A stretch of 64,000 bases of DNA from an uncultured bacterium (lineage in GTDB: Bacteria; Babelota; Babeliae; Babelales; Babelaceae), in NCBI GenBank assembly GCA_963848965.1, contig CAWKFG010000001.1:384001-448000 (forward strand), read 5' to 3'. The stretch's first letter is position 1, and every line of letters begins with the position of its first letter. A program made the translations under genes and the position numbers. Under the pieces are notes generated by a model. That model saw only the letters and a program-made list of their open reading frames with translations. It ran no database searches and had not been told where the DNA came from. Of the stretch, positions 30,859-41,846 are shown piece after piece.

Positions 30859-31164
30859 TTAGGTCGTGTGAACTTTACTTTGGTAGTGTTTTAGCAGCTC
30901 TTGTATCTCCTCATGCCCTCTCATTCTAGCTGTGCTTAAAGCCGTTTCACCTTTGTTATTTTTAGCACTAACATTAGCTCCTGCGGCTAATAGCAGCTTC
31001 ACTACCTCTGTATGGCCATTTCTTGCAGCACTCATTAAAGCAGTAAAGCCACTCCAATCTTGGCCATTTACACCAACAGTTGAATTTGTTAAGTAGGTCT
31101 TTGTACGAATATAATTTATTGGGCGCAATAGAGAACTAGATTTTTTTGTTAGTTTGTTTTGCAA
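30859..31164 (-). pseudogene. ankyrin repeat fragment
   Basis: GFTALMSAARNGHTEVVKLLLAAGA, GETAL; no signal peptide. Confidence 0.75.
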
Positions 31165-31211
31165 TAAAATCTATATTCAAAAGATGCTTATTGTAAGCTG
31201 AATATGGTGTA

Positions 31212-31613
31212 CTGAATAACGCCGGGCTAAAGCCCAGCGGTTCGAGAGTTACTGGCATTATCAGCAGAGCTCCGTAAGACTTTCAGTGAGCACGCATGTA
31301 TAACTCTGTCTATACTCAAATGAACATGCTTAATGACGCAATGCTATATTGAATGCAGCATTGACATCAGCATGGTCAACGTGTCCACACTCTCGACACT
31401 TAAATACCTTCTTATGCCGGTTACTTCTTTGCTGACATTTACTACAATCCTTGGAGGTATAACGAGGATCTATATACATAACCGGTACTCCTAGCAGCTT
31501 GGACTTATACTCAATATAGCTATCAAGCTTATAGTATGCCCAACTGTTCAAGAAGTGCTTAAAGGAATCAATTCATCCAACTGGCTAAAGCCACTGGCTT
31601 TCTTGATCTTTAA
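31212..31613 (-). mobile_element. internally deleted IS200/IS605 (tnpB) element, copy B
   Basis: same LE, omega-RNA region and RE as copy A, inverted. Confidence 0.87.
31330..31551 (-). pseudogene. tnpB: TnpB C-terminal fragment (zinc finger + RuvC-III)
   Basis: IEYK, IDPRYTSKDCSKC, FKCRECG, HADVNAAFNI. Confidence 0.9.
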
Positions 31614-31660
31614 GTAAAAAAGGCAGCTTTAACAGCTGCCCCTATACAGAACTATTTACT

Positions 31661-32689
31661 TTAAGAAGATTTTTGTGAATCAAGAAATTTTATAACTGCT
31701 TTCATATCCGTGCAGAACAAAGCATTATGTATATACTGTAGAGAACTGGTTTTTGCATTTCTCATTGCTTCATTAAGATTTTTAATGGCTTTTAGTTCCT
31801 CTACATTTTGAGTAGTTAGATCAACATATGTTAAGGTGTTTGCAAAACAAGTATCAATATTGAGTCTTACTAAAGCATCATAATATCCTTGATAAGCAGA
31901 TTTCCAGAGCTCATAAACCGTTGTAGGATCACTCGTCTGCAAAAGCTCTGTAATGGTCTTATTTAATGCATGTCTTTTTGTTACATGCAGTTGGCTTAAT
32001 TCAAACCATTTAGGATGCTGCTGTATACAGAGCCCATAGCTTTTTAAAAAATTACATTCAAGATTCCCAATATTTTTACCTTCTTGGTAGAATGCTTCTT
32101 GCTCCTCAGTTGCTTTTTTAATTGAAGGGAGAGCTTGTACTATTTCTTCCATATTACCAAGTTTGAACAGCGTGGTTTGTACATAGTTAACAGCTTTTTC
32201 GTAGTCATTTTTTAAAATAAGTTTAAGCACTAAAGGATAACTCTTACTACTATTAACAAGTCTTAAAAAATCTAAAAATGATAATACAAGCTCTTGATTC
32301 ATTCCATTGTACAGTGCTTTGTATTTAGTAGAAACAATGTTGGCTGGTTCTAATGAATTTTGATAATCGTTTAATAGCTTGGCTATTGCTTCATTTCTAT
32401 AATCATAATAAGGCATTTTTTGTGGAGCTTTTACTAGCGAGGTATCATCGCAAGTTACAACCTTACCGAGTGGACCATAAATATCCGCATACTTGTCTAA
32501 GAGGTACGCTTTAAAGTTGGCTGCTATTTCTCTTCCTATTTTGTCGTATAAAGGGTCGTTATCCCTCACTACTGTACAAAGAGCAGAGGATTCTTCTAAT
32601 TTTAATGATGATGTGTCTTCTTCCATGCAATAAATAATTGTTGGCAGTGAGAGTAAACTGAATAAGGTAAGTTTTTGTAGATAGCTCAT
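31661..32689 (-). CDS. exported hypothetical protein (signal + ME)
   Basis: IYC-MEE; 342 aa ORF. Confidence 0.7.
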   Translation of the reverse strand: MSYLQKLTLFSLLSLPTIIYCMEEDTSSLKLEESSALCTVVRDNDPLYDKIGREIAANFKAYLLDKYADIYGPLGKVVTCDDTSLVKAPQKMPYYDYRNEAIAKLLNDYQNSLEPANIVSTKYKALYNGMNQELVLSFLDFLRLVNSSKSYPLVLKLILKNDYEKAVNYVQTTLFKLGNMEEIVQALPSIKKATEEQEAFYQEGKNIGNLECNFLKSYGLCIQQHPKWFELSQLHVTKRHALNKTITELLQTSDPTTVYELWKSAYQGYYDALVRLNIDTCFANTLTYVDLTTQNVEELKAIKNLNEAMRNAKTSSLQYIHNALFCTDMKAVIKFLDSQKSS

Positions 32690-32817
32690 AAAATTCCTTA
32701 AATTTTAAAGGTTCTTTGTTTTTGAGATTGTGATGATATAAGGTGAGTTAGTCCCTTTCATTCTTTAAGACACATAAATATTTTTATAAAATTTAATTTT
32801 GAGAATAGCATATTAAT

Positions 32818-33282
32818 GTGTTAAATGCAAAGGAGCAATTTAAATCAATCGAGGATGGTATCATTACTTTCGCTCTAGCGGATTTAGCATACCTTGAAGT
32901 AGCACTGCACCTCTTCTTTAGTGATGGCGCTGTTCCAGAAATAAGCGCACTTATGTTAGGTAAAATGGAAGTAACTGCTGCTGAAGGTTTCCAAGAATGT
33001 GTAAACTGTAACTTACAGAGATTACCTTCTTCAAGTAAAGAAGATTTAGATGAAGAATGTCCTTTCATTCTACAGCCTAAAATTGCATCATTGAACCTAC
33101 AAAATAGCCTTCAAGTTCCTGCTATCTCCGACTCTCGTTGCTACAATACAGGATGCCAGCAAGCGGCAAAGAATACTTGTACTCGTTGTAGAAAAGCTCG
33201 TTATTGCAGCAAAGAATGCCAAATAAAGATTGGACAGCAAAACATAAAGCAGAATGTAAATCAGCTCATACGTAAGTCTTGA
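32818..33282 (+). pseudogene. 3' fragment of a zf-MYND protein paralogous to 46970
   Basis: ADLAYLE.AL.LFFS.G..P; C.NTGC...CTRCRKARYCSKECQ, then frameshift to DW..KHKAEC. Confidence 0.8.
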
Positions 33283-33311
33283 TTGCTCTACGACAATCTG
33301 TCTACCTTTAC

Positions 33312-33413
33312 CCAACCTTTGGATCTTACGTATCCACAGTTTATCGTACTTGTAACGACCGCTTGGCTTACAAGAAAAGGAGATCTAGCTAATCAAATTG
33401 ATGTTAGTCAATT
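33312..33413 (+). pseudogene. MarR-family relic
   Basis: PLDLTYPQFIVLVTTAWLTRKG...NQIDVSQF. Confidence 0.5.
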
Positions 33414-33458
33414 CCCATCTGCACAGGTCGGGAGAGTTTCTTGCTAAGCTTGATTAAG

Positions 33459-34763
33459 CTAACTTCTTGCAGGAGCACTAGCGTTGTTTAGAAAAATGAG
33501 AAGTTCTACAAAAAGATCTTGAGGCAATAAACCAAGGTAATTAGCAGCTAGTGAATTTTGCGTAATTCCACAATCAGCAACTGCTCCGCTACCTAAGAGT
33601 GCTGCAACCATAGCACTGTCTTTGTCTTTTAATGCTTCTTTTAAGAGAGCTTGCATCTCATTTTTTATTCTATGTATCTTAGTACCAAAGAGATTGATAA
33701 GAGTGATAGCGCTTTTTCTATTAAATTGCAGGGCATAGTCAAAAGCTGTGTGCCCATCACTGGCAGCTGCATTCAGATAATCTTGGGAACAATTATTATC
33801 TTTTAAAAGTGATATAACTTCTCTATGTCCTAGCATACAAGCAAGCATAAGAGTTGTTATAGTATTGGTAATATAGAGCTTAGTTTTAGCGTACTCTTTA
33901 GGATTTTTAAGATACTCTTCCACTTGGGGAAGATGACATAAGGTAAGCAAGTGAGTAATCGCTTGATGTTGTTCGTTTTGAGCAACTGTTAAAGCATCGA
34001 GATCATATGTGTCTTTAGCAGTAATATCAGCGCCTGCAGTTATAAGTAAAGCTACTGTTTCTGTAAGCCCTTCTTCAGCCGCAATTATGAGGGCTGTACG
34101 GTTATTATGGGCTTTAATAGTAACATCAGCACCCAATTCTATGAGCTTATGTGCTAGAAGCGTATCTCGTTGCTCTATGGCTCTCATTAAGATAGTTCTG
34201 CCGCGTCTATCTTGATGATTGATAGTACGAGTACCTGCACTAAGTAAGAGAGGTATTATATCTTTTTTCTCTAGCAGAAGTGCTGTGTTTAGAAGTGTTT
34301 CGCCCCGAGCATTTATACTATTAACATCAGCTCCTAGGCTAATAAGAAGTTCTACCATCTTCTTATTACCTGTTGACACTGCGTATTTCAATGCTGTATC
34401 TCCAAGCGAGTCTTCGTAATTAATGAGAGCGCCATGTCTTTTAAGTACTGTAACTATTTCGGTGTATCCTTTAGAAGCTGCTAAAGATAGAGGAGTAATA
34501 CAAGCTTTATAGTGAGCATTAATGTCTTTTATCATTTTGCAAAGAAACGTAACCATTCTTATATTGTTTTGCTCTACCGATGCCAATAAAGAACTAGCTT
34601 TATCTTCTTCTGGTACTTGGGACCACTGTGCTTTTTCTTCCTCAGATAAAGACTCTAAAATATTGTCGATAGTCCTACTTTTATCAAGTGCATTCATTAT
34701 AAGAAATGAGCCCTGTAAGTGAAAAGGAATTAATAAAAATAGAAGAGTGTAAAGCAAGTACAT
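33459..34763 (-). CDS. exported ankyrin repeat protein with C-terminal F-box-like motif
   Basis: multiple TPL/TAL ankyrin repeats; C-terminal YLGLLPQDLFVELL. Confidence 0.9.
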   Translation of the reverse strand: MYLLYTLLFLLIPFHLQGSFLIMNALDKSRTIDNILESLSEEEKAQWSQVPEEDKASSLLASVEQNNIRMVTFLCKMIKDINAHYKACITPLSLAASKGYTEIVTVLKRHGALINYEDSLGDTALKYAVSTGNKKMVELLISLGADVNSINARGETLLNTALLLEKKDIIPLLLSAGTRTINHQDRRGRTILMRAIEQRDTLLAHKLIELGADVTIKAHNNRTALIIAAEEGLTETVALLITAGADITAKDTYDLDALTVAQNEQHQAITHLLTLCHLPQVEEYLKNPKEYAKTKLYITNTITTLMLACMLGHREVISLLKDNNCSQDYLNAAASDGHTAFDYALQFNRKSAITLINLFGTKIHRIKNEMQALLKEALKDKDSAMVAALLGSGAVADCGITQNSLAANYLGLLPQDLFVELLIFLNNASAPARS

Positions 34764-35225
34764 CAGAAGCTCCTTATGGATTTTTAAATTAAACTATAAA
34801 TCTACTATAATATAAATTAAATTTCTGTCAAGACCGATGCTGGTTGGATCTTTGGTTACACCCATAGTATCTTCTTGTTTAAAGATAGCTCTGCTAGATT
34901 TATAAATACTCAAGATAGTTATGGTTATTCAACCTCTGACTATGCTCAAGTGAAGGTTAGTGATTATTTTGTTCAAGGTAATGAAATACTAATACAGACG
35001 TTATTTATAAAACGCGGTATATTTATAATAAATTTCAAGCTTCATATTATTCATTTATGGATAGTATGAAAAAAATTTTATTCTATAAGGAATCTAATTT
35101 TTATAGCTATAAGAATTAGATACATTAGGAGGTAAATGTGAAGGTTCTTTACCAGATAATAGAGACGATATGCCTGTTAAATATTCTCATAAATCTAGAC
35201 TAGCCGATTTTCTTAATTTCTTAAA

Positions 35226-37424
35226 TTATTTTTTGCAAAGATAAAGTACATCATCTAGTAATAAAGGCATATAGTAAGAGCTTCTATCTTTATAATAAAT
35301 CAATAAAGAGCGATCGTTATCAGTAAAAGTAGCATAATCAATATCATTAACAGAATAATGAGGCTTTAGTTCTCTTAAATCTTTATAAAATACTGCTCGA
35401 GGAATTTGATTGTGGGACAACTGCCAAAGATACAACGTAGCGGTTTTTTTTGAAAAAGTAATAAAATATTGGCTATTGGAGGTAAATGGCCCTAATAGAG
35501 GTAGGTTTGATAGATTATCGAGAGATCTTAGTGAATTGAAAGAATAGTGACTGCTACCAAGTCTGTAGGCAGCTTTATTTTCATCATAAAGAAAGCATCC
35601 AGAAACAGCGCCTAACCATTTTTCTTGTTGTTTATCCCATAGCAAGGTACTATCATAATGAGCAGAAGCACATGCAAGCAGAGCTGTATTAGGGCTAAAG
35701 CAAAGTGCGTCAATAGAATAAGGAGCAATAGGTATAGAATAACCACGAAATTGTTGATTTATAAGAGTTGCTACTACAATACACTGATATGCTGGTAGAT
35801 ATGCTGCACCAGAAGAGAAGAGAGCTGTATAGATGTCAAAGGGTATATTATAAGCTCTCATATGTTTTAAAAGATCTTCTGAGATAATCTTTGTATCATC
35901 GCTATTTCTTGCTAGTGTATGAGTTTTTACCTGTACGTCTTCAAAACAAACTGGCTGAGTTTTATCAAAAACATTTTTATTAAAAGTGTTTATTATAGTA
36001 ACATCCTTTAAATCTTCATAGGTTAAAAGAAATGAGTTAAGCTCTTCATTAGTAAAAGAGGGATTATTGTGCAATTTAAAAATTCTATCGTCATGTGTTG
36101 ATTTGTTAAGAAGCCTTAAGAGATGGAATACTCCTTTTAAATTTAAATTGTTATTCCTTAAATCAAGATAGGTCAATTTCGGAGGTAGCGTGGTTAATGC
36201 AGAAAGAGAGCTATCGGTAAGGTTAAGTCCTTGAAAGATAAGAGAACGTATAGAAGAAAAGTGATGTATAAAGGGAGCTTTTAAGGCACATTGTGTTACG
36301 CTAAAGTCCTGGCTTTCAGCTCGCTCAAGATATAAGCCATCTCTTAAGCGAAATGTCACAGTACCCGCATTTGTCGTGTTGTATAAAGGATAGCGTGTAA
36401 TTGCACTCCGAAAGCCGTTTTTAAGAAAGGGTATAATAATCTTAAAATTTTCATTTTCTATATTTAAAGGATATGCAGATAGTGGTCCATTGCTATAGAA
36501 CGTTATGGTATGGGGTAATACAAGCGGCTGTGGAACATCCTGGAAATATTTTATGATTCGTGCTAGTGTTTCATACGCTGGATGATGATGCTTTTTATGC
36601 ATTCCAGCACTTACGATAATATAGCGAGGTCTCACTTTATAAAGAAAGTTTAAGCTTGTACAATTATCTGTTGTAGCTCCATGATGACTAGGCAAAAAAA
36701 TTACTGATTCAATAGGCTCTGTAAGCGTATCTGTTATTCTTCCTGTTGCATCTCCTGTAAGTAACGCAGAAAAGGCTCCATGCTGTATCTTTAGTACAAT
36801 GCTGGTATCATTTTTATTTCTTGCTTCTGATAGTGCAGCTAAAATATGTGCATAGGTAGGGAGATAAGCAGCTGTTTTGTCATATGATAAGTGACAAAGA
36901 TAGGCATAATAAAATGTATCTGGAAAGCTTTGCTTTAAAATATCAAGAAGATAAGCAAAAGACTGTGGTTCTTGTTTTAATTTTGGACTCTTTCTTAGAG
37001 GGAGCCAACCAGTTGAAAAGGTTGTTTTGTAATGCTCTGGCTTGCCTCCTAAAAGTATTTTTACTACTAAACCTTTGGATAGTACTTTATGAGCAATGAA
37101 GGGAATCCAGCCGTAGTGGTCCTCATCTCCATGACTTACTACTATATAAATTTCACGCTGCGATGTACTATTAATAAGATAGTTGGCAATGGTATTAAGC
37201 TGTAAATTTCTTAAGTCACTTTGCGTGTAGGGATCTCGTGGATGCTTGCTTGAACCACCATCTACTAAAAGAGTAGGGCTATTTTCACAAGTAATAGCTA
37301 TGCAGTTACCCTGTCCTACGTTGAATATCTTGAGTTCCATCCCATGTAAAAATGGTACCAAAAAGAAAAGTAAAAAGATATAGATACGCATTTCTCTATG
37401 AAGCCCGGCAAAAGTTACTAGCAT
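35226..37424 (-). CDS. exported ComEC/Rec2-type MBL-fold hydrolase with LRR and beta-propeller-like tail
   Basis: FNVGQG, LVDGG, SHGDEDHYG, NDTS, LTGD, HHG; LTYLDLRNNNL; LLWD/LYLW. Confidence 0.85.
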   Translation of the reverse strand: MLVTFAGLHREMRIYIFLLFFLVPFLHGMELKIFNVGQGNCIAITCENSPTLLVDGGSSKHPRDPYTQSDLRNLQLNTIANYLINSTSQREIYIVVSHGDEDHYGWIPFIAHKVLSKGLVVKILLGGKPEHYKTTFSTGWLPLRKSPKLKQEPQSFAYLLDILKQSFPDTFYYAYLCHLSYDKTAAYLPTYAHILAALSEARNKNDTSIVLKIQHGAFSALLTGDATGRITDTLTEPIESVIFLPSHHGATTDNCTSLNFLYKVRPRYIIVSAGMHKKHHHPAYETLARIIKYFQDVPQPLVLPHTITFYSNGPLSAYPLNIENENFKIIIPFLKNGFRSAITRYPLYNTTNAGTVTFRLRDGLYLERAESQDFSVTQCALKAPFIHHFSSIRSLIFQGLNLTDSSLSALTTLPPKLTYLDLRNNNLNLKGVFHLLRLLNKSTHDDRIFKLHNNPSFTNEELNSFLLTYEDLKDVTIINTFNKNVFDKTQPVCFEDVQVKTHTLARNSDDTKIISEDLLKHMRAYNIPFDIYTALFSSGAAYLPAYQCIVVATLINQQFRGYSIPIAPYSIDALCFSPNTALLACASAHYDSTLLWDKQQEKWLGAVSGCFLYDENKAAYRLGSSHYSFNSLRSLDNLSNLPLLGPFTSNSQYFITFSKKTATLYLWQLSHNQIPRAVFYKDLRELKPHYSVNDIDYATFTDNDRSLLIYYKDRSSYYMPLLLDDVLYLCKK

Positions 37425-37713
37425 ACTCTTAAAATTTTAACAGTTCTGTCGACAAAATCAAGAAAGTATATTTTAGAGCAGATCTATTATAAGGTATAAC
37501 TACACTAGATCAAGCGTAAAGTATGAGTAACACGAGGAATATTGAGCTTTTGCAAAAGCTCAATAAACAAGCTCAACTTAATAGATAATAGTATCTCTTT
37601 ATGAATGCTGTTATTTATAGTTTTTCTCTTCCTTGATCGTAGATGGTAACCAAAGTTACAAGGTAGATACTCTTGCTTCCTCGTATGGTTGTCCTTGGGT
37701 ATAAGGACGTGTT

Positions 37714-38004
37714 CTAAAGACAATTATGTCTCGTGGAGTGGTTACCGTGCGAAACAATTAAGGAATCATGTTCAGCCAAATCTCTAATATTAACCTCTCT
37801 TCCCATAATTGTTAATTTTACGCTGCTTGACTGTAGTCTTTGAGAAACTCCATACCTAAGAGGGATAGGATTTTGTAAGTATGGTTCAGCACGCGGTGTA
37901 GTTATAAGAACTTCTCTATTTGATTGATTTATAACATATACTGCCTGAACTGCTATAACGCTAAAAATAGTCATAGCAAGTAGCTGTGCAACTCTTTTAA
38001 TCAT
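37714..38004 (-). CDS. small exported hypothetical protein (may continue in 37505-37723 by frameshift)
   Basis: signal peptide VQA-V; RBS AAGGA. Confidence 0.5.
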   Translation of the reverse strand: MIKRVAQLLAMTIFSVIAVQAVYVINQSNREVLITTPRAEPYLQNPIPLRYGVSQRLQSSSVKLTIMGREVNIRDLAEHDSLIVSHGNHSTRHNCL

Positions 38005-38298
38005 AAATTATCCTTTTATACCTAAATTGTCCTATTATGATGTATTTTACTTATTTCATGAAAAGATTTTCCTAGTCTAAAAGGGTATGTTGCTCGTCGT
38101 AGTTATAAAATGACAAGACCTTGGGGCTAAAGTGTTGAGCGTGCTTTGCAATTGAGTTATATACATACTATGGAAAGCAGAAACCCATATATAGAGTTTG
38201 GTCTAATCATGAAAAATGGGCTTATAATGCCAGGGAACACCAATTTTTAGCTGAGATGGTACACTATTTCTTGAACATAGAACAGATGTTAATAGATG

Positions 38299-39051
38299 TT
38301 AATACATGAAATACATATAGTAAGGCTGCTTGAGTTTTAACGGCTTTTTCATTTTGTGAGCTTGTTTTTTGTTTTTACTAAAATGAAAAGTACCTTTATT
38401 GTAATATATCCGTGGGCTTTTTGGCTTATTAGAATGAAATAGGACAATTCTATCTACAGTAAAGTTTTTGTTAATCTTGCTTTTAAACTTATGTTTCATA
38501 GAAGAGAGTGTATGCTGATGGCCAGAAGTGCTTTTTCTGTTCGTTAACTTGCCAATTGTTATATGTGCTCCATAAGGGAAATCTATGCGGCTATCAAGAT
38601 GCTTGATAAGTTTTTTTCTTTTTGCCACATGAAGTGCTTGATAAATCTTATATGCAAGATGAGTGAGCTCTTTATGAGGAGCTAGGTATAAAAGTACTAA
38701 GCCATCTTTGGTAAAATTAATATGTGATCCTTTAAACGCACTTTTGATATTAAACGGTCTTTGTTGTGCTGCAACTGCTTTTAAAATCTTCTTAACTTTT
38801 GGGAATTCTTTTTTACTTAGTGGAGCTATTGTTTTAAGCGTAATATGCAAATTCTTGCCTGGTGTAGGCTGAAGCTTCATGCCACGGGATAGCTTATTGC
38901 TTATATACGTTTGTACGTTTTTAATCTCATCCTGCATAAAGTGGGGAAGCCCTATAGCCGCAAATTCTATTCCAGTGCAAATCCAGGAAAAAGATAAAAG
39001 GACTATTAAGAAGGTGCTCACTTGCAATAGAGAGCGTATAGTGGTAAACAT
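38299..39051 (-). CDS. exported 2H phosphoesterase (LigT/ThpR-like)
   Basis: two HxT motifs (NLHITL, AHITIG); hydrophobic N-terminus; Lys-rich. Confidence 0.85.
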   Translation of the reverse strand: MFTTIRSLLQVSTFLIVLLSFSWICTGIEFAAIGLPHFMQDEIKNVQTYISNKLSRGMKLQPTPGKNLHITLKTIAPLSKKEFPKVKKILKAVAAQQRPFNIKSAFKGSHINFTKDGLVLLYLAPHKELTHLAYKIYQALHVAKRKKLIKHLDSRIDFPYGAHITIGKLTNRKSTSGHQHTLSSMKHKFKSKINKNFTVDRIVLFHSNKPKSPRIYYNKGTFHFSKNKKQAHKMKKPLKLKQPYYMYFMY

Positions 39052-39080
39052 AGTTCCTCTGGAAAATTAGTTTTATTTAT

Positions 39081-40163
39081 TTAACTTACTTTAGTAGCAT
39101 GCAAGAAATAGAGCTGAAGCAATTGTACTATTTCAAGTGGAAGTTGTATATAGCGCTTTTGAGGGTTTCGAGAAAGCTCATCAATGAACTTTTCAACTTC
39201 TTGCCTATGTTGCTGAGCAGCTGTTACTAACAGCTCTTTAATCTTATGGAGCTTTATACCATGTCCTTTATTTCGTCGAGGAGTGTATATCTGATTAAAC
39301 CGTTCTAATGCTTCATATGGTAAGGCTCCAAAAGGGAGCAATAGCTCTTTTGATATTTTTAGCTCGCCTTGTGCTATTGCAATCAAGAGTGCACGAGATA
39401 GCCGTTGTCGCTCTTCTAATGTACAATGCAATGATGAGTTAGGAGAATCTACCAGAGCTCGTAGTGCTACAGGAATTATATATCTGCTCCATCGTGCTAT
39501 AGTGGATTCTTGCGATCTATCTTTTGCTGCTTCGTATAAGCGTGCAATAGCAATCTGTAATGCTACGTAAAATCCTGTCGCTGCATAGTGTTCAAGCGGA
39601 TCAGGAAAGCATTCTGAAAACATTGCATCATGATGATCTGTAAGATGTGGGTCATCATAAGCATTTGTTCCATATTCAAGCAGTAGTTTTGTCATCGGTA
39701 TATCATGATTTTTCACAAAGGTCTTCATGAGTGCTGACTGCTTTCTATCATTCATTAAGCAGCATGTTAATGCACCAGCACGTAAGAGTTCTAAGGCACA
39801 TGCCAAATGGCCATGTGCTGCAGCAGCATACAAAGGGCTTTTTTTAGCTCCTTTTCTTGCCCAATCAATATCTGCGCCGCAATCAATAAGAAGCTTTACA
39901 ACTTCTACATGCCCATTAGAAGCAGCCACATAAAGTGGGCTGTATATGAAGGGATCGCCATTAGGATCTGCTCCTTGTGCAAGCGCTTTCTTCGCGCTAT
40001 CTAAGTTTCCTTCAGCTGCAGCACTGAGCAGAAGAACGGTATCATTTTCATCGAGTTCCATGGCAAGGCTAGAGGAGAAATGAATGAAAAATAAAGCAGT
40101 AATACTAAGCACAATGCGCATTGCTGTCCTTGTTAGGTTTCTATAATCTATTAGTAAATACAT
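39081..40163 (-). CDS. exported ankyrin protein with C-terminal F-box-like motif
   Basis: SLA-MEL; SPLYVAA, SPLYAAA; YIQLPLEIVQLL. Confidence 0.88.
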   Translation of the reverse strand: MYLLIDYRNLTRTAMRIVLSITALFFIHFSSSLAMELDENDTVLLLSAAAEGNLDSAKKALAQGADPNGDPFIYSPLYVAASNGHVEVVKLLIDCGADIDWARKGAKKSPLYAAAAHGHLACALELLRAGALTCCLMNDRKQSALMKTFVKNHDIPMTKLLLEYGTNAYDDPHLTDHHDAMFSECFPDPLEHYAATGFYVALQIAIARLYEAAKDRSQESTIARWSRYIIPVALRALVDSPNSSLHCTLEERQRLSRALLIAIAQGELKISKELLLPFGALPYEALERFNQIYTPRRNKGHGIKLHKIKELLVTAAQQHRQEVEKFIDELSRNPQKRYIQLPLEIVQLLQLYFLHATKVS

Positions 40164-40337
40164 TTATAGTATAGGCTATATAATCGTAAAAAGATACTTG
40201 TCAGGTACGAATTTTATGCTTAAAAATATTTATAGCTAGAAAATAGTAGCCATAATCACGTAAGAACCACTTGTTTTAGAATCTCTATTATAGTACTTTA
40301 GAAATAAATCTAAAATCCTCTATCAAGGAGAAAAACT

Positions 40338-40829
40338 ATGAATAGAGTATACGTAGTTAGCATATTTACTCTGATAGCTCTGTTTAGTATTCAGTCTACA
40401 CAAACAAAGCTTACCAAAGAGGCCGTTAGTTATATAGAATATCTTCAACGTGATATACAGCATCTGTTAAATGAGCGCTCTCGCATAGAAAAAAGACTTG
40501 AAGATGCTATGCAAAAGTATTATCAAACTTTAAATATAGTATTTCAAACAACGGAATCGAAAGAACAGATAACTAGTCAGAATCTTGTTACTAAATGGAT
40601 AACTGTAGGAGTACCTTATGATGCAGGAGATAGCTCGGAAAAGCTTGAAAGCAAAATAAGAAATATAACTTTAGATCACCTTAAGTGGGGAAAAAGCACT
40701 GTTGTTCCTCGGGAATGGGGCGCATTTGATCTGCAGATTATGGTAACTCTTCCTTCTAACGCATTGCCTTTACTTAGAGGCATATTAGAGACAATGCTTA
40801 CAGGATATTATATAACATATATTAATTGA
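40338..40829 (+). CDS. exported hypothetical protein, coiled coil
   Basis: RBS AGGAG; signal peptide. Confidence 0.6.
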   Translation: MNRVYVVSIFTLIALFSIQSTQTKLTKEAVSYIEYLQRDIQHLLNERSRIEKRLEDAMQKYYQTLNIVFQTTESKEQITSQNLVTKWITVGVPYDAGDSSEKLESKIRNITLDHLKWGKSTVVPREWGAFDLQIMVTLPSNALPLLRGILETMLTGYYITYIN

Positions 40830-40831
40830 AC

Positions 40832-40863
40832 AAATAAGGGATATTATATAATATCCCTTATTT
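40832..40863. terminator. perfect 32-bp palindrome, probable bidirectional terminator
   Basis: AAATAAGGGATATTAT ATAATATCCCTTATTT immediately after the stop codon. Confidence 0.7.
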
Positions 40864-41057
40864 TTAAAGCTCATTCTGAGCCATCGTGCCTTCTCTGCTG
40901 CGATGCAAGGACGATTAGCTATGCTTTGAAAAATAGAGATCTTGCAGCGTGTAAACTATCATCTTACCAGACTCACCACCTCTATTATACATAACTAATG
41001 GGTATCGTTATAGTGAGTAAAAGCGAGATTCCTACTATGCGATACATGTTCTGCTCC

Positions 41058-41483
41058 TTATTTATCTTTAAGGTAAAGATGAGAAAAAAGCTTTATTAAT
41101 GTTCCTCCCAAAAGAGCGAGTGCCAAGAAAGGGTCAAGCAACATTTGGCCTGTTAATGCGCTTTGTACTACTTGATAAAGGAGTGCTAAGGCTAAGAACA
41201 AAGTTATAAACAAGGTAGCATTACGCTCTGCTAGTGCTTCATGAAGCAGTTCTCGTTCATCTCTTTTTATTCTGATCATGATATCTATGGTTTCAATCAA
41301 AATAAATAGTAGCCAAATGGCAGTGAAAGAAAGGCGTATTTTGCTCTCTATAGTGGGGATTAATTGGAGCATTATAAGAGGAGTTGCCAATATACAAATG
41401 TACAACCATCCTTGCCATGTTCGTGGTTTTAATCCCCAACCGCTATATTTTCGCGTCTCAAACCAATTAGGATTCCCAATCAT
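41058..41483 (-). CDS. membrane protein (DER-motif, DUF2178-like)
   Basis: WF..RKYSGWG..P.TWQGW, RDERE; four TM segments. Confidence 0.75.
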   Translation of the reverse strand: MIGNPNWFETRKYSGWGLKPRTWQGWLYICILATPLIMLQLIPTIESKIRLSFTAIWLLFILIETIDIMIRIKRDERELLHEALAERNATLFITLFLALALLYQVVQSALTGQMLLDPFLALALLGGTLIKLFSHLYLKDK

Positions 41484-41680
41484 GATTCCTCCTCAAATAT
41501 AAATAACTCTTGAATTGACGTTTCTAGTTTCTTAGCTATTAAGTAAGCTAATTTAAGCGAAGGATTATATTTGCCCTGTTCTAAATAAAGGATTGTTTCT
41601 CTTCTCACATCTACAGCATTTGCTAACTCTTCTTGTGTCATATTAAGTTTGACACGAAATTCCTTTATCCGATTCTTCAC
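41480..41680 (-). CDS. XRE/Cro HTH regulator
   Basis: [24 protein letters not shown]. Confidence 0.92.
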   Translation of the reverse strand: MKNRIKEFRVKLNMTQEELANAVDVRRETILYLEQGKYNPSLKLAYLIAKKLETSIQELFIFEEES

Positions 41681-41846
41681 ACATAACCTTTTTTTTAAGT
41701 AGTCATGTTAGAATTATATAACATCATGTGAGGGCTGTCAACTTATAATGAGTAAAAAAGTTAAACTCCTTAATGGATTATTGACTTATAGTATTCCTTA
41801 TTAGTACTCTAATCTTGAATAGTTATTTAAAATAAAGGAAATAGAA

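Noticed and set aside
38231..38242. CAGGGAACACCA as another tRNA-end-like site
   Set aside because: Short match with no flanking homology to the repeat family.
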